Shown: positions 44,022 through 53,582 of the stretch, one piece after another | How the letters are laid out: the number at the start of each line of letters is the position of its first letter | How positions within the stretch are numbered: position 1 is the first letter of the stretch | NCBI GenBank assembly: GCA_964510235.1 | Contig: CAZEBF010000002.1 | Location: forward strand, 1-63,561 | Source of the DNA: an uncultured Candidatus Saccharibacteria bacterium | GTDB taxonomy: Bacteria > Patescibacteriota > Saccharimonadia > Saccharimonadales > CAYUUR01 | Direction: 5' to 3' | DNA: 63,561 nt | Notes under the pieces: model-generated | The model's input: the letters and a program-made list of their open reading frames with translations, nothing else | Databases searched by the model: none | Told to the model about the DNA's origin: nothing | Made by a program: the position numbers and the translations under genes

Positions 44022-44882
44022 TCAGACCTTGGTGTCAAAGGCTTCAGGTAACTTAGATTCAAAGACGCGACGATCACCGCCGGGCAAAGTAATTTCTAGA
44101 CTACCGGCATGCAAGTAGAGTCGATCATCCGGTTCACCACCATAAAAATCATCTCCTACAATTGAGTGCTTGATATGCTGCAAATGTACACGCAATTGAT
44201 GAGTGCGACCTGTTTCTGGTTTCAGTTCAATTAAACTGTACTTCTGGTTAGTTTTTATGACTTTGTAGTGGGTTGTGGCAATTTTACCGTGAATTGTCGG
44301 GTAGAACATTTTTGGATTACGTGGATTACGACCAATCGGCACATCAATCAATGCTTCTTTCGGATCAAGCGTGCCTTTGATGACAGCATAATAGGTTTTC
44401 TTTACCTTACGGTCAGAAAACTGCTTTTGGAACCAAGTGAGTGTTTCCGGAGTTTTTGCACAAAGAATTACTCCAGATGTACCGCGATCAAGTCTATGCA
44501 CGATACCAGCACGATCGTCATCTTGAGCAAAGCCCGAGATTTTAGTACGTATGAAGGTTGCTACTGTAGCCTCTGGGTTGAAAGCACCCTTACTGTGAGT
44601 CAAGAGACCTGCCGGCTTTTCAATAACTATACAGTCATCGTTTTCAAACAAAATAGGCAGTTCAATTTCTGGTATTAGCTTAGCCTGATTAAAATCATAG
44701 TCTAGCAGTATCTCATCGCCTGGTTTGAGTCGATAGCGTCCCGGTACGATGTCACCGTTAACCGAGACTTTGCCTTGTTCACAAAGTTTATCGATGAATG
44801 AACGGCTAACATTAGGGATGGCACCTGCTAGATATGCATCAGTGCGCGGTTTGGTAGCTAATTCTGGTGCAATTAGTTTCAT
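44022..44882 (-). CDS. RluA family pseudouridine synthase (RluD-like, with S4 domain)
   Basis: 286 aa. Catalytic HRLDRGTSGVILCAK and GRTHQLRVH motifs. Confidence 0.9.
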   Translation of the reverse strand: MKLIAPELATKPRTDAYLAGAIPNVSRSFIDKLCEQGKVSVNGDIVPGRYRLKPGDEILLDYDFNQAKLIPEIELPILFENDDCIVIEKPAGLLTHSKGAFNPEATVATFIRTKISGFAQDDDRAGIVHRLDRGTSGVILCAKTPETLTWFQKQFSDRKVKKTYYAVIKGTLDPKEALIDVPIGRNPRNPKMFYPTIHGKIATTHYKVIKTNQKYSLIELKPETGRTHQLRVHLQHIKHSIVGDDFYGGEPDDRLYLHAGSLEITLPGGDRRVFESKLPEAFDTKV

Positions 44883-45907
44883 TAGTGTCGCAAACCAACG
44901 GCTTTTTGTACGCGAAGCAGTGTCTGAGAAGCTACTTGATTCATTGCAGCTTCTGATTCTGATAACTTGTCGTTAATAGTCTGTTGATCTGTTAATGCTA
45001 GTTTGGCTTGGAAATCAGTCAGAAACGATTGTACGACATCTGCCACAGCAGTTTTTAACGGTCCATACTGTGGTTTACCTTGGTACTCTTTAACCACTTC
45101 ATCAAGATCCTGACCGCTCAATGCACTTAAGATCACGAGAAGGTTGCTAACACCAGGGCGTTCTTTCATATCAAACTGGATTTCTCCGTGTGAATCGGTA
45201 GTAGCAGACATAATCTTTTTCTTAGCTGTTTCTGGAGTATCACCAAGGAATATAACACCCTTACCAGTGTCGTCAGATTTACTCATCTTTTTAGTAGGAT
45301 CCGCCAAATCACGAATTCTAAGTCGTTCCTGAGATTCTGCAAATGCAATCTGCTCTTTCTCAGCTTCTGGTGGCATAAGCATATCACCAAACTTGTTATT
45401 CATACGGATAGCAATATCACGCGCTAGTTCAACGTGCTGTGTTTGATCAGCGCCAACTGGTACATACTTGGCGCCGTACAACAAGATATCAGCGGCCATC
45501 AGTACTGGATAGTCAAACAGCCCTGCAGAAACCTGTGTTTTGCCCTCTCCTTTTTCCTTGAACTGTGTCATTCGGCTCAACTCGCCCATGTAGGTGAAGC
45601 AGTTGAGGATGATGGTGAGCTCGCTATGGGCTGGGACGAAGCTTTGACGGTACAGGAACGTATCTTTGTTACTTAGGTCTAGCCCGCTGGCTACAAAAAT
45701 TCGCAAGTTATGCATGGTTTGCTCGTAGAGTTTGCTGTGGTCGATAGGCGTCGTGAAACTATGCAGGTCTGGTACAAACAAATTTATCTGATACTCACCG
45801 GCATACTTCTGCTGCATCTGCACTATAGGTAACAACGCCCCGAGGTAGTTGCCAAGGTGCAGGTCATTATTTGCACGAAGTCCCGTCAAAATTACTGGTT
45901 TACTCAT
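44882..45907 (-). CDS. trpS: tryptophan--tRNA ligase
   Basis: 341 aa. LHLGNYLG (HIGH) and KMSKS motifs. Typical TrpRS length. Confidence 0.93.
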   Translation of the reverse strand: MSKPVILTGLRANNDLHLGNYLGALLPIVQMQQKYAGEYQINLFVPDLHSFTTPIDHSKLYEQTMHNLRIFVASGLDLSNKDTFLYRQSFVPAHSELTIILNCFTYMGELSRMTQFKEKGEGKTQVSAGLFDYPVLMAADILLYGAKYVPVGADQTQHVELARDIAIRMNNKFGDMLMPPEAEKEQIAFAESQERLRIRDLADPTKKMSKSDDTGKGVIFLGDTPETAKKKIMSATTDSHGEIQFDMKERPGVSNLLVILSALSGQDLDEVVKEYQGKPQYGPLKTAVADVVQSFLTDFQAKLALTDQQTINDKLSESEAAMNQVASQTLLRVQKAVGLRH

Positions 45908-45936
45908 AAGTTACTCCTAGTATACAACACTTCTAT

Positions 45937-46929
45937 TTAGACCAAGACCAGTCCATGCAAGGCGTTTCTAGCACCGTGCACTACTAATTCCGGGCGTGTC
46001 ACATGGACACCGCCAAGTACACGAATATCATCTGCCGATGAGACAGCAGCAAAAACGCGGAGAATCATATTGCCATGCATGTCTCCGAGTCGTGCAGAGA
46101 TAGGTGGGATGAACCTCTCGACTATCACTGCGCCATCACGATCAATCGCCTCCTGGGCGTTTCGTAGGGCTCGTGATCGAGTCACGGTACCCTTTTTACC
46201 AAATGTTGCTCTGTCCTCACTGCTGAGAACTATATCGATGTGCTGCGCTTTAGAGCACTGCAAACCCTTAACAACCATGCTATCAGCCTCATCTCCGAGC
46301 TGATCTATTGAGGACACCCGTCTGGCATGACCTGTCCGTTCGCGGTAGCCCTTACTGCCTTCGCTCCTGGCGGTTGATACAGACTGGCTAACTAGGTTAT
46401 CATGCTCATCTGTTACCTGCGACGGTTCTGTGCGCAAAAGCACTGCACGCTGTGTCTGATGCCGCGCTTCCAAAACTGTAACGTCTGTGAACGTGTCGTC
46501 AATCCGCCCAATCCGTTCTGTCGGAGCAATCACTTGCGGTACTTCGCCGATAAGCGTCATAAAGTGCTGCCGTACAAGTTGATTGAGTTGTAGCGCACTG
46601 CCACCAAGGGCTGTTGTTATGCCTATTCCGTTTGGTCGTTCTTCAATTTCGAAAGGCTGTACAGTACCATCAACAATACTGCAGTCAATACGTGCGAGCA
46701 TGGTAGGCAAACCTGTAATCTTTTGTGCAAGAGTTTCTTCTGGTATATCTGTTTCACCATTAAAATGCAGTAAACCAGCCTGAATTGCATCTGACATTTG
46801 CTGCCGATGTTCATCTGATAGTTCAATACATAGCTCAGTTGTGGTGACATCAAGCTCACCAAAACGTAACTGTTCGCCCATTTGAAGTTCAACTGGGGTA
46901 TGTAGTTGTTCTGAATTGATTGTTCTCAT
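45937..46929 (-). CDS. hypothetical protein (weak resemblance to circularly permuted ATP-grasp enzymes)
   Basis: 330 aa. N-terminal DG..QPFEIEERPNG and C-terminal VVKG...VIVERFIPP...ILRVFA blocks. Low certainty. Confidence 0.3.
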   Translation of the reverse strand: MRTINSEQLHTPVELQMGEQLRFGELDVTTTELCIELSDEHRQQMSDAIQAGLLHFNGETDIPEETLAQKITGLPTMLARIDCSIVDGTVQPFEIEERPNGIGITTALGGSALQLNQLVRQHFMTLIGEVPQVIAPTERIGRIDDTFTDVTVLEARHQTQRAVLLRTEPSQVTDEHDNLVSQSVSTARSEGSKGYRERTGHARRVSSIDQLGDEADSMVVKGLQCSKAQHIDIVLSSEDRATFGKKGTVTRSRALRNAQEAIDRDGAVIVERFIPPISARLGDMHGNMILRVFAAVSSADDIRVLGGVHVTRPELVVHGARNALHGLVLV

Positions 46930-46939
46930 ATTGCTTCCT

Positions 46940-47226
46940 TTAAAATTCTTTCTTTATTCTTAAATGTTCTGTCGGGTTATATTGTTCGTTGAGCGCTCTT
47001 GCGACTGCTTGGCGCATTTTGGGTTCTCGGGTCATTGCTAGTGCCATGACAGCGGTGCGATGAAGTTGTTCTAGCTTTCCACGATGTTCTTCTTCGTCTT
47101 CACCTCGATATAACGGGTTGGCCAGTTGTCATACTCCCAAGCCGCCAATTGCGCGATCAGTTTATTACCACGCTTGTTTATTTGATTCTCATGCTCTGCC
47201 GTAAATGGTGACTCTAGCTCAATCAT
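46940..47226 (-). pseudogene. small gene split over two frames (51-aa frame A + frame B to 46940), possible frameshift or pseudogene
   Basis: Frame A: ATG 47226 to TAG 47071. An overlapping -1 frame stays open to TAA 46940, 8 nt before the next gene's ATG. Confidence 0.3.
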
Positions 47227-47249
47227 GATGATTCTCCCTATTTTGACAT

Positions 47250-47276
47250 TAAAAAACCGCCTGTTCGCGAGGCGGT
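47250..47276 (-). terminator. intrinsic terminator / attenuator
   Basis: Minus strand reads ACCGCC-loop-GGCGGT then TTTTTT, followed by ATAGGGAGAATCATC and an ATG. Confidence 0.65.
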
Positions 47277-47299
47277 CTGCTGTTTGTATGTAGTTCTAT

Positions 47300-47377
47300 T
47301 TATTGACAATAGGAAACAAAGCGCCACGCATAAGCGGGTGTAAACCAATATCCAAAAAAGTTTATGCTATGTTTCAT
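47300..47377 (-). CDS. candidate micro-ORF (25 aa, MKHSINFFGYWFTPAYAWRFVSYCQ)
   Basis: Aromatic-rich ORF ending 24 nt upstream of the terminator hairpin. An alternative ATG lies at 47386. Confidence 0.15.
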   Translation of the reverse strand: MKHSINFFGYWFTPAYAWRFVSYCQ

Positions 47378-47411
47378 AACTACCATAAAATACTACGTTA
47401 TAAATAACATG

Positions 47412-47606
47412 TCAAATAATTCGTATAGAAGTGTCTACGGCGCCTGCAGCAGTTTCCATGTCATATATGGCTGCCATTTGCTCATCAAATACTTCAATCT
47501 CTCTCTGTGTAAATACGACCCCAGCAGCTACTGCAATATCACCCTTCACCCTCTTGCCTGGCAGCTCTGCTACTCTAAAAAAGTCGTTTGATGATTCTCG
47601 TGCCAT
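47412..47606 (-). CDS. hypothetical protein (64 aa)
   Basis: ORF without a clear SD. Competing ORFs exist on the opposite strand. Confidence 0.25.
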   Translation of the reverse strand: MARESSNDFFRVAELPGKRVKGDIAVAAGVVFTQREIEVFDEQMAAIYDMETAAGAVDTSIRII

Positions 47607-47629
47607 AATTGCTTAGTATATCAAACAAA

Positions 47630-47660
47630 TAAAAAGTCCGGATTTACTCCGAACTTTTTA
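47630..47660 (-). terminator. intrinsic terminator of the rplM-rpsI operon (bidirectional shape)
   Basis: Minus strand reads AAGTTCGGA-GTAAA-TCCGGACTT then TTTTAT. Confidence 0.7.
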
Positions 47661-47757
47661 TTACAGTTTCCGGATGATAGGCAGCCGGAATAATCTACGA
47701 TTATGCCGCGCGATGGAAAGAGGAATCACCTCTTTCCATAGACAAGCGTAGCGTGGT

Positions 47758-48156
47758 CTAACGCTTTGTAAACTGGCGCTGCTTACGTGCACCCTTAAGA
47801 CCGAACTTCTTGCGTTCTTTCTCTCGTGGGTCGCGACCAAGCAGATCAGCTCGCTTGAGCGTGCTCTTGAGGTCTTCGTTCATGACAGCTAAAGCCTTAG
47901 CGATGCCAAGACGGATAGCGTCAACTTGACCAGCATGTCCACCACCACTGACAACAGCTGAGACATTATACTTGTTCTCTTGTTCAAGGACAGCAAATGG
48001 CTTTTGCAGCTCAGTCAGCAGGTTCTTACTGTCTGCCAAGTATTCAGCGGCAGGCTTACCATTGACGGTAATTTCACCCTTACCAGCAGTCAAACGAACG
48101 CGAGCTGTTGCGCTTTTGCGGCGGCCAAGTGCGTAGAAATAGTTATTCGCAGCCAT
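47758..48156 (-). CDS. rpsI: 30S ribosomal protein S9
   Basis: 132 aa, uS9 pattern, C-terminal ...RKQRQFTKR. Confidence 0.97.
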   Translation of the reverse strand: MAANNYFYALGRRKSATARVRLTAGKGEITVNGKPAAEYLADSKNLLTELQKPFAVLEQENKYNVSAVVSGGGHAGQVDAIRLGIAKALAVMNEDLKSTLKRADLLGRDPREKERKKFGLKGARKQRQFTKR

Positions 48157-48596
48157 TACTTGCCTCCCTTAATCTTGTATTCTTGTGGTTTTTGAGCCTC
48201 GTGTTGATGCTCGGTACCAGGGTAAATCTTTAGTCGAGCCAAACGATCGTCACGTAGTTTGTTGACCGGCAACATACCACGAACAGCCTTCATGATGACT
48301 TCTGTTGAGTCACGATCCATCTGCTCTTGTAGGGTTCGCTGCTTGATACCACCAGGGAAGCCACTGTGTCGGTAATAGACCTTCTTTTGGAGCTTATCAC
48401 CGGTAACCTGAACATTCTCTGTGTTAGTAACAATGACGTAGTCACCACAGTCGATGTGCTTAGTGAACATTGGCTTGCCTTTGCCTGTTAGCAAAGTAGC
48501 GATCTCTGTCGCAACACGGCCAAGTGGTGCCTGTGAAGCGTCCACAACATACCACTGACGGGTAACATCTTGAGGCTTTGCGCTATAAGTACTCAT
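48156..48596 (-). CDS. rplM: 50S ribosomal protein L13
   Basis: 146 aa, uL13 pattern (WYVVDASQAPLGRVAT). Confidence 0.97.
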   Translation of the reverse strand: MSTYSAKPQDVTRQWYVVDASQAPLGRVATEIATLLTGKGKPMFTKHIDCGDYVIVTNTENVQVTGDKLQKKVYYRHSGFPGGIKQRTLQEQMDRDSTEVIMKAVRGMLPVNKLRDDRLARLKIYPGTEHQHEAQKPQEYKIKGGK

Positions 48597-49075
48597 TATT
48601 TCTTCTCCTTGGCTGCTGCCTTGGCGACAGGTTTCTTAACTGCCTTAGCAGGCGCCTTGGCCGCTACAGGCTTTTTGACGGCCGCTTTAGCAGGCTTAGC
48701 AACTGGTGCAGCTGTTAGATCATCGACAAAACTGATGCGAGCCATAGCAGCGTTGTCGCCACGACGGAAGATTGTCTTCTCGATGCGCAGGTGGCCGCTA
48801 TTGCGAGTAGTAAGTTTAGGTGCGATTTCATCTACGAGCTTGTGGGCGCTTTCAATAGTCTGCAAAGACTCGATAATCTGACGTCGGTTGTGCAGATCAC
48901 CTTTCTTAGCCTTAGTGATAAGCTTTTCGACGTATGGAACGGTCTCTTTAGCTTTCACGAGGGTTGTTTCGATAGACTCATACTTGATGAGTGAATCAGC
49001 CAAGCCTTTGATCAGCGCTTCACGTTGATCGCGTTCTCGGTTGAACTTCTTACCTTTATATCCGTGGCGATGCAT
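48596..49075 (-). CDS. rplQ: 50S ribosomal protein L17 with Ala/Lys/Pro-rich C-terminal tail
   Basis: 159 aa. bL17 core plus the tail AKPAKAAVKKPVAAKAPAKAVKKPVAKAAAKEKK. Confidence 0.95.
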   Translation of the reverse strand: MHRHGYKGKKFNRERDQREALIKGLADSLIKYESIETTLVKAKETVPYVEKLITKAKKGDLHNRRQIIESLQTIESAHKLVDEIAPKLTTRNSGHLRIEKTIFRRGDNAAMARISFVDDLTAAPVAKPAKAAVKKPVAAKAPAKAVKKPVAKAAAKEKK

Positions 49076-49076
49076 G

Positions 49077-50021
49077 TTACAGCTCCATCTCCGCCATCTT
49101 TTCTTTTACTTCGTCGAGTGCTTTACTGCCAAAACCTTTAAGGTCGCGGAGTTCTGCATCTGACAATGAGAAGAGATCTTTTAGCGTGTGAATTTCGTTG
49201 TTGATTAGGGCGTTAGTAGTGCGAGCCGACAGGTTAAGGTCTTCGATAGGAGTCATTAGCTCAGCAGATTCATCACCATCAATTGCGTCAGCTAGACTGC
49301 CATCGTGTGCACCAGCGGGAGCGCCGGCTTCTACACGAGTTTGTCCTGCTAGAGCAGTGTACTGGTTGACCAAGATTGCTGAAGCTTCTTCAAATGCTTC
49401 ACTTGGTGTGATTGTACCGTCAGTGTCGATGGTAAGCAGCAACTTATCGAGGTCAGTCATTTGACCAACACGAGTGTTCTCTACCTTATATCGGACGCGC
49501 TGCACAGGACTGAAGACAGCATCAACTGCAATCATATCACTGGCTTTGCGGTTAGCACTTTCATCGATGGTACGGTAACCACGACCAGCTTCGACAACAA
49601 TATCGATAACCAAGTTTGCTTTAGCGCCATCAAGGTGAGCAATGACGTGATCTGGGTTTACAACTTCTACATCAGCATTAGTCTGAATGTCTTTAGCTGT
49701 CACAACACCAGCACCTTTTTTGCTCAAGCGAACAGTTTGTGGCTCTTCGCTGAACAAACGGAAACGGATGCCCTTGAGGTTTAGCATAATGTCCACAACG
49801 TCTTCTTTGACATTAGGCAGTGTAGTGAACTCATGTGAAGCACCTTCAACCTTGAAGGCTGTTACAGCTGCACCAGCAATGCTTGAGAGCAAAACACGTC
49901 GCAATGAGTTGCCGAGTGTCATGCCGTAGCCCGTGTGAAGTGGCTCCACGACAAGTGTTGCTGAGGTTTTGGTGTGATCGTCGACGCTTACGACGCCTGG
50001 GGTATAGATAGTCTTTGACAT
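49077..50021 (-). CDS. rpoA: DNA-directed RNA polymerase subunit alpha
   Basis: 314 aa. NTD and CTD (HhH) patterns. Conserved alpha-operon position. Confidence 0.96.
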   Translation of the reverse strand: MSKTIYTPGVVSVDDHTKTSATLVVEPLHTGYGMTLGNSLRRVLLSSIAGAAVTAFKVEGASHEFTTLPNVKEDVVDIMLNLKGIRFRLFSEEPQTVRLSKKGAGVVTAKDIQTNADVEVVNPDHVIAHLDGAKANLVIDIVVEAGRGYRTIDESANRKASDMIAVDAVFSPVQRVRYKVENTRVGQMTDLDKLLLTIDTDGTITPSEAFEEASAILVNQYTALAGQTRVEAGAPAGAHDGSLADAIDGDESAELMTPIEDLNLSARTTNALINNEIHTLKDLFSLSDAELRDLKGFGSKALDEVKEKMAEMEL

Positions 50022-50034
50022 GCTTGTCGCCTCC

Positions 50035-50652
50035 TTATCGTGAGTAATACTCTACGATTAATTGTTCATTTATCTCTGGTTCTGCCTCTTCACGAGTCGG
50101 CTTACCGGTTACTTTGACACTTACTTTCTTGCGATCAACCTTGAGCCAGCTGGTTGCTTCGGCTGCAGGGCTTACATCGTCAAGTTTTTTAAAGTACTCA
50201 TTAGTTTTGCTGTGATCACGAAGTACGATTTCATCGCCTTCTTTAACACGGATTGATGGGATATCGACACGACGGCCGTTCAACATAAAGTGTCCGTGGG
50301 TAACGAGCTGACGAGCAGCACGACGACTGGTCGCGAAACCAGCACGGTAGACTGCGTTATCAAGACGTCGCTCGAGCAGTTGCAGCAGCATTGCGCCTGA
50401 CTGACCTTGCGTGCGTGAAGCTTCTTTCATCAGGTTAGAGAATTGCTTCTCGAGCAGTCCATACAAACGCTTAACTTTTTGCTTCTCACGAAGTTGCAAA
50501 GAATACTGACTTGGTTTGTTACGGCTCGGTCGACCATTTGGTGACTTACCAGGAAGCGAAGTTCGCTTTACGAGAGCCTTGTGCGCTTTAGGGTGCAGTG
50601 CATAGCCTTCGCGGCGGCTCATTTTTACAATAGATCGGGTATCACGTGCCAT
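50035..50652 (-). CDS. rpsD: 30S ribosomal protein S4
   Basis: 205 aa, uS4 pattern with S4 RNA-binding domain. Confidence 0.96.
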   Translation of the reverse strand: MARDTRSIVKMSRREGYALHPKAHKALVKRTSLPGKSPNGRPSRNKPSQYSLQLREKQKVKRLYGLLEKQFSNLMKEASRTQGQSGAMLLQLLERRLDNAVYRAGFATSRRAARQLVTHGHFMLNGRRVDIPSIRVKEGDEIVLRDHSKTNEYFKKLDDVSPAAEATSWLKVDRKKVSVKVTGKPTREEAEPEINEQLIVEYYSR

Positions 50653-50654
50653 GA

Positions 50655-51074
50655 TTAAATCCTCCGCGCTTTCTTAGGTCGCACACCACCGTGAGGAACA
50701 CCGGTGACGTCAGTAATGCTTTCCACCAGGACATCTTGAGCCTGACAGACACGTACAGCGGCGTCACGGCCAAGACCGATGCCTTTAATGAATACATCTG
50801 CCTTAGTAAGTCCATGTAGCTGTTTGGCAGCCTGGATGGCTTTCTCACCAGCAACTTGCGCGGCATAGGCTGTGCCTTTTTTGCTACCGCGGAAGCCGCA
50901 GCCACCAGCACTAGCAGTTGTTAGTACACCACCCTTGCTGTCAGTAATGGTGATGATGGTGTTATTAAATGTTGCCATAACGTGCACCTGTCCAAAAGGA
51001 ACAGATCGCTTGGCTTTTTTCTTCTTCGCGGCTGTTGTTGCCACTGGGGGTGTTGTAGTAGTTGTTTCTGCCAT
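50655..51074 (-). CDS. rpsK: 30S ribosomal protein S11
   Basis: 139 aa, uS11 pattern. Confidence 0.96.
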   Translation of the reverse strand: MAETTTTTPPVATTAAKKKKAKRSVPFGQVHVMATFNNTIITITDSKGGVLTTASAGGCGFRGSKKGTAYAAQVAGEKAIQAAKQLHGLTKADVFIKGIGLGRDAAVRVCQAQDVLVESITDVTGVPHGGVRPKKARRI

Positions 51075-51083
51075 ATTCTATTC

Positions 51084-51470
51084 CTACGTCTTTGACGCCG
51101 ATTTAGGTTGTGAACCACCGATTGCCTTACCACGTCCACGACGAGTACGCGCGTTTGTGCGAGTACGCTGACCGCGACTTGGTAAGTTTTGCTTGTGACG
51201 AAGGCCACGGTACGCACCAATGTCTTTAAGACGCTTGATGTTACCCGTTACAATTCGCTGCAATTCACCTTCAACAATAAGATCTGCATTGATAGTATCT
51301 TGGATGCGAGAAATCTCTGCATCAGTCAGATCCTTAACACGAACAGTTGGTTCTACCTTAGCTTTGCTCAAAATATCATTTGAGGTCTTCGGACCAACGC
51401 CATACACATAGGTTAATGCGATATGGACTTGCTTTTCTGTAGGTATGGTTACACCTGAAATTCGAGCCAT
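51084..51470 (-). CDS. rpsM: 30S ribosomal protein S13
   Basis: 128 aa, uS13 pattern (MARISGVTIP). Confidence 0.96.
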   Translation of the reverse strand: MARISGVTIPTEKQVHIALTYVYGVGPKTSNDILSKAKVEPTVRVKDLTDAEISRIQDTINADLIVEGELQRIVTGNIKRLKDIGAYRGLRHKQNLPSRGQRTRTNARTRRGRGKAIGGSQPKSASKT

Positions 51471-51473
51471 TAC

Positions 51474-51590
51474 CTATCCCTGCCTTTGCTTATGCTTTGG
51501 CTTTAACTTATTAATAACATAGAGACGGCCTTTACGACGGACAATCTTGTCGTCTGGGCTGATTTTTTTAACACTTGCACGCACTTTCAT
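51474..51590 (-). CDS. rpmJ: 50S ribosomal protein L36
   Basis: Not in the ORF track (38 aa): [38 protein letters not shown]. Sits between infA and rpsM. Non-zinc form. Confidence 0.9.
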   Translation of the reverse strand: MKVRASVKKISPDDKIVRRKGRLYVINKLKPKHKQRQG

Positions 51591-51699
51591 GCGGATCACC
51601 GGACCTTTCTATGAGTCTTCGGGACACACTGCTTAATATTGATAACGTTCGAGCGATTCTACAGTAAGGCACTACACTAAGTACCCTGTTGCAAAAGCA

Positions 51700-51921
51700 C
51701 TACGACTTGCGATAGGTGATTCTTCCCTTAGTAAGATCATAAGGGGTCAACTCGACCGTAACGCTGTCTCCTGGCACGATTCGGATATAGTGTTTCCGCA
51801 TCTTACCGGCGACGTGAGCTATAATTTGATGACCGTTTTCGAGCTCTACACGAAACTGAGTACCCGGAAGGGTCTCGATAATTGTTCCTGTTAGTTCGAT
51901 TACTTCCTTGTTTCCAGCCAT
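51700..51921 (-). CDS. infA: translation initiation factor IF-1
   Basis: 73 aa, S1-like IF-1 pattern. Confidence 0.96.
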   Translation of the reverse strand: MAGNKEVIELTGTIIETLPGTQFRVELENGHQIIAHVAGKMRKHYIRIVPGDSVTVELTPYDLTKGRITYRKS

Positions 51922-51972
51922 AAAATATAACGTCGACTGATTATACCAGATCTGACTGCCCCCTGTAAACAG

Positions 51973-53511
51973 TTATTTTTTCTTTGATGTTTTTGACTTA
52001 GCTTTTGTTGGCGTGTTGTCTGGTTTATTGCTACGGAATCGGTCGCGCATACGCAGCTTTCGAGCACCCGTACCGGCCAGTGCAGGCTCATCAACATCAT
52101 AGAAGAAGTCTGGTTGCTGATATTGATCATAGGTCACCATCAGGGCTCGTGATTCAACTTGTCGGAGTGTTTCAATAGCAACTGCTACAAGAATCAACAC
52201 ACTGGTACCACCAAGTGCAATATTCGAATTGGTAAAAATCTGGCCGATAATTGGCATCAGTGCTAATCCACCAAGGCTTAATGCCCCAAAAAAGGTTAAA
52301 CGACTCACGATCTTTGATAAGTACTTCTCTGTTTGGTTACCCGATCGGATACCTTCTATGAAGCCGCCTTGCTTCTGAAGGTTCTCGGCAATTTCTTTGG
52401 CGTTGAAGGTGATACCTGTGTAGAAATAGGTAAACAAGAAGACTAGCAAGAAATAGGTTACCGGGTAGATGTACGGCTGCCAGCCACCAACTGCAAAGGT
52501 TTGAGCGGTAGGGTTAGAAAACCATAACACGAGATTACTGCCAAGTTCTGCCCAACGCTCAGTATTGGAACGAGCCAGAATTTCTCCGATAAAAGCCGGG
52601 ACACTTAGGAATGCCAGAGCAAAGATAATTGGCACGACACCAGCAGTAATGAGCTTAATTGGCAAAGTGGTTGTGACGCCACCGTATGCACGGTTTCCCT
52701 GTACTCGCTTGGCGTAGTGAATCGTAATGCGACGAGCAGCCTCGTTCAACTTAACTACTAGGTATGTCACAACTAAGGTAACTACCAATACAATAAGACC
52801 AAAGATAAATGCCGATTTGTTCACAGGCAGATTGATCCCGAGCACACGCCAGGTAGCATCCCCTTCTGTAATTGCCGAAACCAGACTGGCCGCTGTGGCA
52901 GGCAGTTGACTAACAATACCGACTGTAATAAGCAGCGAAATACCATTTCCAATGCCACGCTCTGTAATCAGTTCTCCAAGCCACATCAATAGCAAGGCAC
53001 CACCAGTTAGAGCACTCACCATGAGTACCCATTGCATGAGGGTAGCATTGGCAACAATATCAATTCCACCAACACTTTGAGCAGACTGACGCACTAGATA
53101 GATTGCGCCAATAGACTGAACAATGGCCAGTGGTAAAGTGAGAATCCGGGTATACTGATTGATCTTCTTGCGGCCAAACTCACCTTCTTTATTGAGGGCT
53201 TCAAGCTTTGGGATTGCCTTTGTAAGCAGCTGCATAATGATCGAGGCATTGATGTATGGTCCTAGACCAATCAGCATGATCGAGAAGTTTGCTAAAGCGC
53301 CACCAGAAATAACATCCAAGAAACTCACCAACTGAGTGGTTTGGGTTGAGGTATAGAGAGATTCTAGAACTTGTTTGAGCGTCTGTGGATCGGCCAAAGG
53401 GATCGGAATGTGCGCTAGGATTCGGTATATAAGCAGCATGCCGAGCACAGCCAGTACGCGTGTGCGCATGTCTGCATTCTTGAGTGATTTCCCGATTAAT
53501 CGCCAGTTCAT
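51973..53511 (-). CDS. secY: preprotein translocase subunit SecY with basic C-terminal extension
   Basis: 512 aa, 10-TM SecY pattern. About 60 extra C-terminal residues rich in K/R/D. Confidence 0.95.
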   Translation of the reverse strand: MNWRLIGKSLKNADMRTRVLAVLGMLLIYRILAHIPIPLADPQTLKQVLESLYTSTQTTQLVSFLDVISGGALANFSIMLIGLGPYINASIIMQLLTKAIPKLEALNKEGEFGRKKINQYTRILTLPLAIVQSIGAIYLVRQSAQSVGGIDIVANATLMQWVLMVSALTGGALLLMWLGELITERGIGNGISLLITVGIVSQLPATAASLVSAITEGDATWRVLGINLPVNKSAFIFGLIVLVVTLVVTYLVVKLNEAARRITIHYAKRVQGNRAYGGVTTTLPIKLITAGVVPIIFALAFLSVPAFIGEILARSNTERWAELGSNLVLWFSNPTAQTFAVGGWQPYIYPVTYFLLVFLFTYFYTGITFNAKEIAENLQKQGGFIEGIRSGNQTEKYLSKIVSRLTFFGALSLGGLALMPIIGQIFTNSNIALGGTSVLILVAVAIETLRQVESRALMVTYDQYQQPDFFYDVDEPALAGTGARKLRMRDRFRSNKPDNTPTKAKSKTSKKK

Positions 53512-53582
53512 GTCTACCCTCTCTACTGTAACTTACAAATTAGTATAGCGTAGTTTTACGTACGCCATGAAGAAAACTGTTG

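Noticed and set aside
47071-47130. Programmed -1 ribosomal frameshift joining the two frames of the small gene
   Set aside because: There is no canonical X XXY YYZ slippery heptamer or downstream pseudoknot. An indel, a pseudogene or two separate tiny ORFs are equally likely.
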